A stretch of 47,999 nt of DNA from an uncultured Thermotogae bacterium (GTDB lineage Bacteria > Bipolaricaulota > Bipolaricaulia > UBA7950 > UBA9294): NCBI GenBank assembly GCA_964355545.1, contig CAYHEK010000002.1:1-47999 (forward strand). Direction: 5' to 3'. The position numbers and the translations under genes are program-made. Shown one piece after another: positions 11,095-19,174 of this stretch (the stretch's first letter is position 1; each line of letters opens with the position of its first letter). The notes beneath the pieces are model-generated. The model was not told the DNA's origin. It did no database searches and worked only from the letters and a program-made list of their open reading frames with translations.

Positions 11095-12527
11095 AGCGGA
11101 CGCTCGCCGAACTCGTCCGGGCGATCGGACTCGATCCGCAGCCCCAGTGGCGAGGGATCGAGGTCGCGGGGATCACCGAGGACTCGCGCCGCGTCCGGCC
11201 GGGGGAGCTCTTCGTCGCGATCCGCGGCTTCGTGGCCGACGGCCACGCCTACGTCGGTGAGGCGGTCGGCCGCGGAGCGGCGGCGGTGGTCGTGGAAGAG
11301 GAGACGGTGGCTTCCGTTCCGTGCATTCGCGTCCCCGACGGCCGCAGGGCGCTCGCGGCCCTCGCCGTGGCCTTCTTCGACGATCCGACGCGGAAGTTGT
11401 TCACGGTCGGGGTCACGGGGACGAAGGGGAAGACCACGGTCTGCCACCTCATCGCCCATCTCCTGGGCGAGGGGGTGACGTGTCTTCTCAGCACGGTGGC
11501 GAACGAGGAGCGGAACCTGCGCGCCGTGACGACCCCCGCGAGCCCGATCATCCAAGAGGCCGCGTGGTCGGCGCTCCGCGCCGGGCAGAAAAACTTCGTC
11601 CTTGAGGTCTCCTCCGCGGCACTCGCCCTTCACCGCACGGACGGGGTCGATTTCGACGCGGCCGTCTTCACAAACCTGACGCACGACCACCTCGACTTCC
11701 ACAAGACGACGGACGAGTACCTCGCGGCGAAGCTCCTCCTCTTTCGCGGACTGAAAGAAAGCGCCTGCGCGATCGTGAACGCCGACGACGCGGCGTCGGA
11801 AGAGGTCCTGGCCGCTACACGGGCGGAGCGCATCACGTACGCCATCGAGCGGGAGGCGGACGTCCGCGCCCTCGACATTCGCTCCGGACCGCGCGCGACC
11901 GACTTCATTCTGCGGGTGAGGGGAGAGACCGTCCCGGTACGGCTCTTCCTTCCCGGTGAGCACAACGTCGAAAATGCCCTCGCCGCTGCAGCAGTGGGCG
12001 TGTGGTGCGGGCTCTTGCTCGATGAGGTCGCGGCCAAACTCGAATCGGCGCAGAGCGTGGCCGGCCGCTACCAGTTCTTCCGGGCCAAGAGCGGGGCCAC
12101 CGTGGTCGTCGACTTCGCGCACACCCCCGATTCGCTTGAGCGGATGCTGCGGTCGCTGCGGCCGTTCCACAGGAGGGTCATCTCCCTCTTTGGCTGCGGC
12201 GGGGAGAGCGATCGCGCGAAGCGCCCGATCATGGGGGGGATCAGCGGCCGCCTCGCGGACATGACGATCCTGACGAGCGACAATCCCAAATCGGAGGACC
12301 CAAACACGATTCTCGATGAGATCGAGGAGGGGATCCGGCCGACGGGGGGGGCCTACGAGCGGATCCTGGAACGGCGCGAGGCGATCCGCCGCGCCCTGAA
12401 ACTCGCCGGAGCGGGCGACGTCGTCCTCCTCGCGGGAAAGGGACACGAGACCTACCAGATCGTCGGGCACGACTTCCTTCCCTACAGCGACGCCGAGTTC
12501 CTGCACGAGGAGGACCTAGTCGATTAA
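11091..12527 (+). CDS. murE: UDP-N-acetylmuramyl-tripeptide synthetase
   Basis: DSRRVRPG, TGTKGKTT, EVSS, FTNLTHDHLDFH, VDFAHTPD, FGCGG, SDNPKSEDP, AGKGHETYQ. Confidence 0.95.
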   Translation: MKRTLAELVRAIGLDPQPQWRGIEVAGITEDSRRVRPGELFVAIRGFVADGHAYVGEAVGRGAAAVVVEEETVASVPCIRVPDGRRALAALAVAFFDDPTRKLFTVGVTGTKGKTTVCHLIAHLLGEGVTCLLSTVANEERNLRAVTTPASPIIQEAAWSALRAGQKNFVLEVSSAALALHRTDGVDFDAAVFTNLTHDHLDFHKTTDEYLAAKLLLFRGLKESACAIVNADDAASEEVLAATRAERITYAIEREADVRALDIRSGPRATDFILRVRGETVPVRLFLPGEHNVENALAAAAVGVWCGLLLDEVAAKLESAQSVAGRYQFFRAKSGATVVVDFAHTPDSLERMLRSLRPFHRRVISLFGCGGESDRAKRPIMGGISGRLADMTILTSDNPKSEDPNTILDEIEEGIRPTGGAYERILERREAIRRALKLAGAGDVVLLAGKGHETYQIVGHDFLPYSDAEFLHEEDLVD

Positions 12528-13144
12528 GAGGCCTCGTGGCTCGACAGAGAACAGGGGCCCGAGGCGGAGTCTTTAAGCGAGTCGATCACGAGAGCGATCC
12601 GCTCCACCGTCTCGCCGAGCGAGCCGCCGGCATCGATGCGGATGGCCTCACCGGGCGGCGGTTCCTCGGCGACACGGCTCACGTGCTCGCCCCGGCCGAT
12701 CTCCTCGAGGCGACGGCGCCGCGTCCCCTCGTCGGCTTCCAGCCAGAGGATCACCGTGAAGAGCGCGCGGTCGACGTGCGAGGAGGAGGAAAGGAGGGCG
12801 CCCTCGACGAGGAGGACCTCCGTGCCGCGGCGTTCCTCCTCGACGAGGATCTCTTTCAGGCGGGCGATGACGGCCGGGTGGACGATCGCATTCAGGTCTT
12901 CGCGCGCCTTAGCAGTCGCGAAGGCACGTTTGGCGAGGCGCGCTCGATCGATCTTCCCGTCGGGGCCGAGGATCTCCTTCCCGAAGCGCCAGACGAGGTG
13001 CCAGTAGGTCGGGGTGCGTGGCCGATAGATCTCCCACGCGACCCGGTCGAGGTCAATGGAGGCGACCCCGGTTCTTCTCGCGAGCTCGCGGGCGGCAGCG
13101 CTCTTTCCGCTCCCCGGCCTCCCGGCAAGACCGATCACTTTCAT
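12524..13144 (-). CDS. coaE: Dephospho-CoA kinase
   Basis: IGLAGRPGSGKS P-loop, IDRARLA, LNAIVHP. Confidence 0.88.
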   Translation of the reverse strand: MKVIGLAGRPGSGKSAAARELARRTGVASIDLDRVAWEIYRPRTPTYWHLVWRFGKEILGPDGKIDRARLAKRAFATAKAREDLNAIVHPAVIARLKEILVEEERRGTEVLLVEGALLSSSSHVDRALFTVILWLEADEGTRRRRLEEIGRGEHVSRVAEEPPPGEAIRIDAGGSLGETVERIALVIDSLKDSASGPCSLSSHEAS

Positions 13145-13263
13145 CGCTCACCGAAGGTAGCGCGATGGGGAGGGCGGGACAAGATGTCGCGCGGGCGCAC
13201 CGGGCAGGTGTGCGGGTGAAACCCAAGCGGACGCCGCGTGTACATTCAAGCGAGGTGATGGAG

Positions 13264-14004
13264 ATGAGAAATCGAACCGGTATATGGTTCATCCTCCTTT
13301 TGGCCGGGTTCCTCGCCGGGGCGAACCTACTTGTGAGCGGCCAAGGTGGAACGCCGAGCCCCCTTGGGATCGTCCCGATTCCGACCCCCACGCCGCTTTC
13401 GGTGAACGTGTGGACCGATAAATCGACGTACATGGTCGGGGAGACGCTGCGTGTCTTCTTCACCGTGAACCAACAGGCCTACGTCTACCTGTACGACCGA
13501 CAGCCGGACGGGATCGTCCGCCGCATCTTCCCCAACCCGTATTCGCAGAATAACTTCGTCTCCGCCGGGACGCACGCCCTGCCGGACGGGGCGTATCAGT
13601 TCACGGTGACTCCGCCGACCGGACTGGAGCAGGTGCAGATCATCGCAAGCCTGACCCCCCTTGAGCTCGCCCCAAGCTCCTACGGCGAGCCGTTCCCCCA
13701 GGTCGCGCCGCAGGACATTCAAGGCCACATCATGGGGATCACCCCCACGCCGGTCTGGGCAACGGCCTGGACGTCGTTCACCATCACCCAGGCCTACGGC
13801 TATACGCCGTCGTACCCGCCCTCCTATCCGCACTATCCGTCCTACCCGCCGTCGTATCCACCCTTCTTCGGCTGGTATCCCGGCGGCAACTGGTCCTGGG
13901 AGGGCGGCGAGTGGCACTATGGGGTTCCCGCGAGCGGGTGGTACTGGTACTTCGGTCCGGACGGAAAGTGGCACTTCATGATTCGCATTCACATCGGAAA
14001 CTGA
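13264..14004 (+). CDS. Secreted DUF4384-domain protein with Pro/Tyr-rich linker and Trp-rich tail
   Basis: GAGGTG SD; signal peptide; VWTDKSTYxVGE, AYVYLYD..PDG...IFPN, PPTGLEQVQIIAS pattern. Confidence 0.75.
   Translation: MRNRTGIWFILLLAGFLAGANLLVSGQGGTPSPLGIVPIPTPTPLSVNVWTDKSTYMVGETLRVFFTVNQQAYVYLYDRQPDGIVRRIFPNPYSQNNFVSAGTHALPDGAYQFTVTPPTGLEQVQIIASLTPLELAPSSYGEPFPQVAPQDIQGHIMGITPTPVWATAWTSFTITQAYGYTPSYPPSYPHYPSYPPSYPPFFGWYPGGNWSWEGGEWHYGVPASGWYWYFGPDGKWHFMIRIHIGN
13807..13863 (+). repeat. Degenerate coding repeat (PSYP/YPPS units)
   Basis: Encodes PSYPPSYPHYPSYPPSYPP. Confidence 0.6.
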
Positions 14005-14048
14005 TCCTCTCCGTCTGAGGGGCCTCCAAGCGAGTGTTGGATCATTCG

Positions 14049-14090
14049 GGAGGGCCTGGCTCAAGTCAGGCCCTCCTCTCTCTTTATTCT
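14049..14090 (+). terminator. Probable intrinsic terminator
   Basis: Stem GGAGGGCCTGGC / GTCAGGCCCTCC with TCAA loop, followed by a T-rich tract. Confidence 0.65.
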
Positions 14091-14197
14091 TCCGAAAGGT
14101 CTCTCTATAGGAGCCGTCTCCGTGGACGAGGCGCCGCCGTGGAGAGGCACGGGAAAGCGGATAGAATAGGAGGACCTATTGCGTCCAGGGAGGACAA

Positions 14198-15406
14198 GTG
14201 GAGCTTCATTGGAGCGTCGAACAGGCAAGACTCTACCAGCTTTGGGCGGTCCGCCTGCACCGGGAGGCCTATCCGCCGGGGGAGAGTGGAATCCGCGCCT
14301 GCTTTCATGACCTCGGGGGGATTCAGCTCGACCCACTCCCGGTCCTCGGCCGCAACCACGACCTCGTGATTCAGGCTCGCGTCGCGGGCACTCACCCCGA
14401 CGACACACTCGACCTCGTCCACCGCGAGAGGCTTGGGTTTGAGTACTGGGACAAGGTCCTGTGCGTCATCGACATCGAGGCTTTTCAAGCCTTCCGTGGC
14501 TTCATGGCCGCGGGCGGAGAGGCGTGGGAGAAGAGGCGGGAGGCCCGCCTCGCCGTGGAGCACCCAGGCGCGGTGGAGGCGGTCTACGCGGCGGTCTTGG
14601 CACACGGTCCCCTTTCGAGCCGCGAGTTGAAGGACCTCGAGGTCGCGCAAGGCGACGCGCGAGGGTGGAAGTCAACCAAGGCGGCGAACGCCGCCCTGGA
14701 GGTCCTATGGAATCGGGGAGAGCTCACTGTCTTTCGCCGAGTCAACTACCGCCGCTACTTTGACCTTACGGAGCGGGTCATCCCGACCGAGCACTACGAC
14801 GGGGATCCTCTCCCGCCTGAGGAGTTCTACCGGTACCTCTTGTTGCGGCGGGTGCGCGCGGTCGGGCTCCTCCCGGCGAGCGGGGACGCGGAGGCCTGGG
14901 CATTCCTGCGCGCGGCGCGGTCAAGCGGCCTTCCGGAACGGCTCGTGGCCAAGGACGAGCTCGCCCTGGTGAGGGTCGATCGGATGAAGACGCCGTTCTA
15001 CGCTCTCCCGCCGGCGGAGGAAGGACTCGTGCGGGCGGAGAGGCTCCCCCTTCTTGATGAGGTCCGTTTCATCGCGCCGCTCGATCCGCTCCTGTGGGCA
15101 CGCGGTAGCCTGGCGCGCCTGTGGGACTTCGAGTACGCCTGGGAGGTGTACAAACCCTCGGGGAAACGCCGCTTTGGCTACTACGTCCTTCCCATTCTCT
15201 ACCAGGACCGGTTCGTGGGCCGGTTCGACGCCCGTTACGACCGCGCGACAGGGACCCTGGTCGTCCTTGCCTACTACGCGGAGCCGGGGGGCCTTGAGCT
15301 TTCCCATCCGAAGACCTTCGGCGGGATGCAGCGTTTTCTTGATTACCTCGGGGGCGAGCGAACCCTCCTCCCCGACGGCGAGCACTGGGATAAGGAAGCG
15401 GTCTGA
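14198..15406 (+). CDS. YcaQ/AlkZ (HTH_42) family DNA crosslink-repair glycosylase
   Basis: IQLDP (Q-phi-D) catalytic motif, FEYW, IAPLDPLLW, YAWEVYKP..KRRFGYYVLPIL; GGAGG SD. Confidence 0.88.
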   Translation: MELHWSVEQARLYQLWAVRLHREAYPPGESGIRACFHDLGGIQLDPLPVLGRNHDLVIQARVAGTHPDDTLDLVHRERLGFEYWDKVLCVIDIEAFQAFRGFMAAGGEAWEKRREARLAVEHPGAVEAVYAAVLAHGPLSSRELKDLEVAQGDARGWKSTKAANAALEVLWNRGELTVFRRVNYRRYFDLTERVIPTEHYDGDPLPPEEFYRYLLLRRVRAVGLLPASGDAEAWAFLRAARSSGLPERLVAKDELALVRVDRMKTPFYALPPAEEGLVRAERLPLLDEVRFIAPLDPLLWARGSLARLWDFEYAWEVYKPSGKRRFGYYVLPILYQDRFVGRFDARYDRATGTLVVLAYYAEPGGLELSHPKTFGGMQRFLDYLGGERTLLPDGEHWDKEAV

Positions 15407-15420
15407 GTCGTGGTGTTCTC

Positions 15421-16578
15421 TCAGAGCGTAAGCTCGTAGATCCGCCAGGTCTTGTAGTGGTGGCCGCCCATGAAGCTCGATGCTCGCAGGATGAGGTCGT
15501 TGTCCTCGAGGAGCATGGAGGGTTCGCACGTGCGGTAGCCGCGGGAGAGGGCATACGTGAGGACCTCGTGGTAGAGGACCGCGTCGATCCCGAGCTTGCG
15601 GAAACGGGGGCGTATTCCGAAGAACATCAGGCGCACGCGCGGGATGTGGCGGCGGGTGCGGAGGAGTCGAGCGATGCGCACAAGGTCGGTGTCCAGGAGT
15701 CGATTCCACCGCGGCTTGAGAGGAACGTTCGGATCGGGGAGGGCTCCTAGGACCGCGGCGAGCTCTCCGTCGACTGAGGCGAATCGGATCAAGCCAGGAT
15801 CGGCGACCCACTTCAGGCTTGAGGCCATCGCGTCCGCCTCGGCGTCGTTCAGGGGCAGGAACCCCCAGTTGTTCCTCCACGCTTCGTTATAGATCGAGAC
15901 GATACGGCCCACCTCCTCCCGCACGCGGGTGAGGTCGGCCGGTCGCGTCTCGATCGACCGCCGGCCGAGGATGCCTGGGACGATCCGCTTGAGCCTCTCG
16001 TCCAGACCCGGATCGATCTCGATCAGGTAGGCGTGGTAGTCTTTGACCTTCGCAAATCCGTAGCGCTCCAGGAACTCGCCGTAGTAGGGTGGGTTGTGCG
16101 TCAGTTCCACCGTGGGGGGCGCGTCGAAGCCTTGGACGAGGACCCCCTGGTGCGACTCGTGGGTGGCGGTGGAGTAGCCACCGGGGCCGCGCATCCTCTC
16201 CATTCCCTTCGCGACGAGCCACTCGCGCGAGCGGTCGAGGAGGGCGCGCGCCACCTCGAAGTCCTCCACGGTCTCGAAGAACCCGAAGAACCCAATCCGG
16301 GCCCGATAGTGGTCGTTGAAGCGACGGTTCACGGCCGCGGAGACCCGGCCGAGGAGGCGGCTCCCGGCGCGAGCGAGGAAGTGCGTCACCTCAGCGTTGC
16401 GGTGGTAGGGGTGAGCCGGGGTGAGGAGGCCCGCGGTCCCGAGGAGGCGGCTTCCCAATAGATCGGCGCGCAGCGGAGGCGTCCAGTGTGGATCCCCGCG
16501 ATGAAGGTGCCACGGCACCGCCACGAAGGAACCAAGCCTACGATCCCCCAGAGGGATCTCTTCGAGAGAGAAGTGCAT
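15421..16578 (-). CDS. GNAT-fold N-acyltransferase, YghO / bacterial ceramide synthase-like family
   Basis: GFFGFFE, HNPPYY, YNEAWRNNWGF, GIRPRFRKLG, LEDN, YKTWRIY. Real start is ATG 16578 after a GAGGTG SD; the upstream ORF extension overlaps nadE. Confidence 0.8.
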   Translation of the reverse strand: MHFSLEEIPLGDRRLGSFVAVPWHLHRGDPHWTPPLRADLLGSRLLGTAGLLTPAHPYHRNAEVTHFLARAGSRLLGRVSAAVNRRFNDHYRARIGFFGFFETVEDFEVARALLDRSREWLVAKGMERMRGPGGYSTATHESHQGVLVQGFDAPPTVELTHNPPYYGEFLERYGFAKVKDYHAYLIEIDPGLDERLKRIVPGILGRRSIETRPADLTRVREEVGRIVSIYNEAWRNNWGFLPLNDAEADAMASSLKWVADPGLIRFASVDGELAAVLGALPDPNVPLKPRWNRLLDTDLVRIARLLRTRRHIPRVRLMFFGIRPRFRKLGIDAVLYHEVLTYALSRGYRTCEPSMLLEDNDLILRASSFMGGHHYKTWRIYELTL

Positions 16579-16695
16579 CACACCTCTGGAACAAGAGAAT
16601 GTGGGGGTCATTATCCACAAAGGGAGGTGGAAAGGGAAGGGCCCCGATAGGGAGCCCCTGCTCGCCCTCGTCTGGAACGGGGCGCGCGGCGAACC

Positions 16696-16701
16696 TATAA
16701 T
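16696..16701 (+). promoter_or_regulatory. -10 element directly ahead of nadE (leaderless arrangement)
   Basis: TATAAT, then 6 nt (CCCCCC), then GTG start; no SD. Confidence 0.65.
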
Positions 16702-16707
16702 CCCCCC

Positions 16708-18333
16708 GTGCGCGTGGGGGTCGTTCAATCTAATCCGCGGGTGGGGGCGGTCGAGGAGAACGTGGCGAGCGCCCTTCGCTCTATTGAGGAGGCGCGGCGA
16801 GAGGGGTGCGATCTCGTCGTCTTCCCGGAGCTCGCCCTCTCTGGGTACTTTCCCTTTGACCTCGTGTGGCGACCCGGTTTTGTGGCTCGAGTCGAGCGAG
16901 GGGTGCGCGACATTGCGAAGGCCTCGCGCGGGATTGGGGTCATCGTCGGTGGGATCTCCACGCGGCCGCGAAAGGGTGCGGTGAACCGCACGGATCCCTC
17001 GTCCGTCGCGGACGGCGCGGCGGAGGAACTCTCGAATAGCGCCTTCTTCCTCGCTGACGGGAAGCTCCTTCTTGAGCAGGCGAAGCTTCACCTTCCCTCG
17101 TTCGACGTGTACGGCGAGGAGCGCTACTTCACTCCTGGAGCGGGGACGCAGGTCTTCGACTTCCGCGGCAGGCGGCTTGGAGTCACTATCTGCGAAGACT
17201 TGTGGGTTGACGACGGCCCCGTGGAGACCCAAGCGAGCCTGGGCGCGGAGATTGTCATCAACATCTCCGCCTCGCCGTTCTTCGCCGGGAAAGGGGCGAT
17301 CCGGCGCCGGCTCGGCGCGAGGAGGGCAAAGGAGAACGGGGTCTTCCTCCTCTACGTGAACCGAGTCGGGGGACAGGACGAGCTCGTCTTCGACGGAGGG
17401 AGCTTCCTCGTGGATCGGGAGGGAGACCTTCTCTTTCAGGCACCCTACTTCGACGAGGGCCTGTTCGTCCTCGACCTCGACCGACTGGCGCCGCTTGAGG
17501 CCCCGCGGGAGGACCCGATCGATCTCGTCCGTCGGGCGATCATCCTCGGGATCCGCGACTACGTCACGAAGAATGGATTCTCGCATGTTCTAGTTGGTCT
17601 CTCCGGGGGGATCGACTCCGCCTTGGTCGCCGCCCTCGCCGTGGAGGCGCTCGGTCCCAAAGCGGTGACCGGCGTCTCCATCCCGAGCGCGATCACGGCG
17701 CCGGAGAACCAAGAGGACGCGCGTGAGGTGGCGCGGAGGCTCGGGATCGCGCTCTTGGAGGTCCCGATCGAAGGGGCGGTCGACGCCTGCCGCCGTGCCC
17801 TTCCCCGACGCCCGAGCGGGGTGACGGACGAGAACCTACAGGCGCGCGCCCGCGGCACGTTCCTCATGGCCCTGGCGAACGAGCAGAACGCGCTCGTCCT
17901 CGTCACCGGAAACAAATCGGAGATCGCCGTGGGGTACAACACGCTCTACGGGGACACGGCCGGGGCCCTCGCCCCGATCGCCGATCTGTACAAGACAGAG
18001 GTCTACAAGCTTGGCCGGTCGCTGGGGGAGCGGATCCCCGCGCGGGTGAGGGAGAAGCCTCCCACCGCGGAGCTCCGGCCGGGCCAGCGGGACGAGGACG
18101 ACCTTCCGCCCTACTCGCTCCTCGATCCCCTTCTCTCTGAGCTCGTCGAGAGGAATGCCTCGCGGGCCGACCTCGTGGCGCGCGGCTTCGACGAAGAGGT
18201 TGTGGGGGAGACCTTGGCGCGCTACTACCGAAGCGAGTACAAGCGCCGCCAGTTCCCTCCGGGGATCAAGGTCTCGCCGAAGGCGTTCGGGATCGGCCGC
18301 CGCATCCCGCTCACCCACTCCTGGCGCGACTAG
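16708..18333 (+). CDS. nadE: Glutamine-dependent NAD+ synthetase
   Basis: Nitrilase domain (FPEL, K, ICEDLW) plus SGGIDS, ENLQARARG, TGNKSE. Confidence 0.95.
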   Translation: MRVGVVQSNPRVGAVEENVASALRSIEEARREGCDLVVFPELALSGYFPFDLVWRPGFVARVERGVRDIAKASRGIGVIVGGISTRPRKGAVNRTDPSSVADGAAEELSNSAFFLADGKLLLEQAKLHLPSFDVYGEERYFTPGAGTQVFDFRGRRLGVTICEDLWVDDGPVETQASLGAEIVINISASPFFAGKGAIRRRLGARRAKENGVFLLYVNRVGGQDELVFDGGSFLVDREGDLLFQAPYFDEGLFVLDLDRLAPLEAPREDPIDLVRRAIILGIRDYVTKNGFSHVLVGLSGGIDSALVAALAVEALGPKAVTGVSIPSAITAPENQEDAREVARRLGIALLEVPIEGAVDACRRALPRRPSGVTDENLQARARGTFLMALANEQNALVLVTGNKSEIAVGYNTLYGDTAGALAPIADLYKTEVYKLGRSLGERIPARVREKPPTAELRPGQRDEDDLPPYSLLDPLLSELVERNASRADLVARGFDEEVVGETLARYYRSEYKRRQFPPGIKVSPKAFGIGRRIPLTHSWRD

Positions 18334-18369
18334 AAAAGAAGGCCCCGGCCTTCTCGGTCGGGGCCTCTT
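18334..18369. terminator. Hairpin terminator between convergent nadE and hsp20
   Basis: AGGCCCCGGCC-TTCTC-GGTCGGGGCCT stem-loop; the A-rich left flank gives a U tract on the - strand. Confidence 0.7.
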
Positions 18370-18381
18370 GTGCGTCGTGGC

Positions 18382-18834
18382 TTACTCGATCTTGATGTCG
18401 ATCGGCCTTTCCTTCTCCTTGATCGATTGCTTGAGCGGGACGCTCACACGGAGGATCCCGTCCTCAAAGCGCGCCTTGATCCCGCCCTTTTCCACCATGT
18501 CGGTCGGGAGCGGGAAGACGCGCCGGAACTCGCCGTAGCGGCGGCCGATGCGGAAGTAGTTCTCCTCCTTCACCTCGTCGGTCCGCTTCATTTCCCCCGA
18601 GATCACGAGTTGATTGTCCTCGACCTTGATCTCGATCTCCTCCTTCTTCAGCCCCGGGAGCTCCGTCTCGAAGGTGAGGTTTCGGTCCTTCTCGTAGATG
18701 TCGGTGCGGCCGAAGCTTGGGGTGATGTCGTACCCCACTTCGTCGAAGTCGCGGAAGAAGTCATCCATCAGCCGGGAGATGCTCGTCCCCATGAGGAACG
18801 GCTCGCGCCACAGAGCAGGTAGTCTCCTTGCCAT
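18382..18834 (-). CDS. Hsp20/alpha-crystallin small heat-shock protein
   Basis: DIYE, ELPGLKKEEI, RYGEFRRVFPLP, ARFEDGILRV; AAGGAGG SD. Confidence 0.93.
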   Translation of the reverse strand: MARRLPALWREPFLMGTSISRLMDDFFRDFDEVGYDITPSFGRTDIYEKDRNLTFETELPGLKKEEIEIKVEDNQLVISGEMKRTDEVKEENYFRIGRRYGEFRRVFPLPTDMVEKGGIKARFEDGILRVSVPLKQSIKEKERPIDIKIE

Positions 18835-18861
18835 CGTGCACCCCTCCTTTATACTCGCTAT

Positions 18862-18888
18862 TTAGCAGTCGAACTACCCGACTGCTAA
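18862..18888. promoter_or_regulatory. CIRCE element (HrcA operator) in the hsp20 leader
   Basis: TTAGCAGTC-N9-GACTGCTAA perfect inverted repeat; one symmetric change per arm from consensus TTAGCACTC-N9-GAGTGCTAA. Confidence 0.88.
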
Positions 18889-18892
18889 AAGC

Positions 18893-18921
18893 AGTATAGC
18901 GAGGGGAGGTCCCTTTGTCAA
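18893..18921 (-). promoter_or_regulatory. sigma70 promoter of hsp20
   Basis: TTGACA-17 nt-TATACT on the - strand, immediately upstream of the CIRCE. Confidence 0.85.
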
Positions 18922-18925
18922 GGGG

Positions 18926-18954
18926 TTGTACGGCGCAAGGGACGGGGGTACGCT
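18926..18954 (+). promoter_or_regulatory. Probable promoter of yidD (leaderless)
   Basis: TTGTAC-17 nt-TACGCT, then 6 nt, then GTG 18961. Confidence 0.55.
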
Positions 18955-18960
18955 CTCAGC

Positions 18961-19173
18961 GTGGCAAAGAAGGTTTTCATTGCGCTCCTCGCCTTCTACC
19001 AGCGCCTCGTCTCCCCGGCGTTCCCTCCGCGGTGCCGCTTCTACCCGAGCTGTTCTCACTACGCGAAGGAGGCGATCGAGAAGTACGGCGCGCTGAAGGG
19101 AGTATTCCTTGCGATCCGCAGGGTCTTGCGCTGCCACCCGCTTCACCCGGGCGGTGTCGATCCAGTTCCGTAG
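18961..19173 (+). CDS. yidD: Membrane protein insertion efficiency factor
   Basis: YQRLVSP...[17 protein letters not shown]...[14 protein letters not shown]. Confidence 0.93.
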   Translation: MAKKVFIALLAFYQRLVSPAFPPRCRFYPSCSHYAKEAIEKYGALKGVFLAIRRVLRCHPLHPGGVDPVP

Positions 19174-19174
19174 A

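Noticed and set aside
16600-16700. Replication origin suggested by a DnaA box
   Set aside because: Only one box, with no AT-rich unwinding element and no dnaA context.
16579-17586. 721-aa version of the GNAT ORF
   Set aside because: The extension is antisense to nadE; a good SD and ATG lie at 16578.
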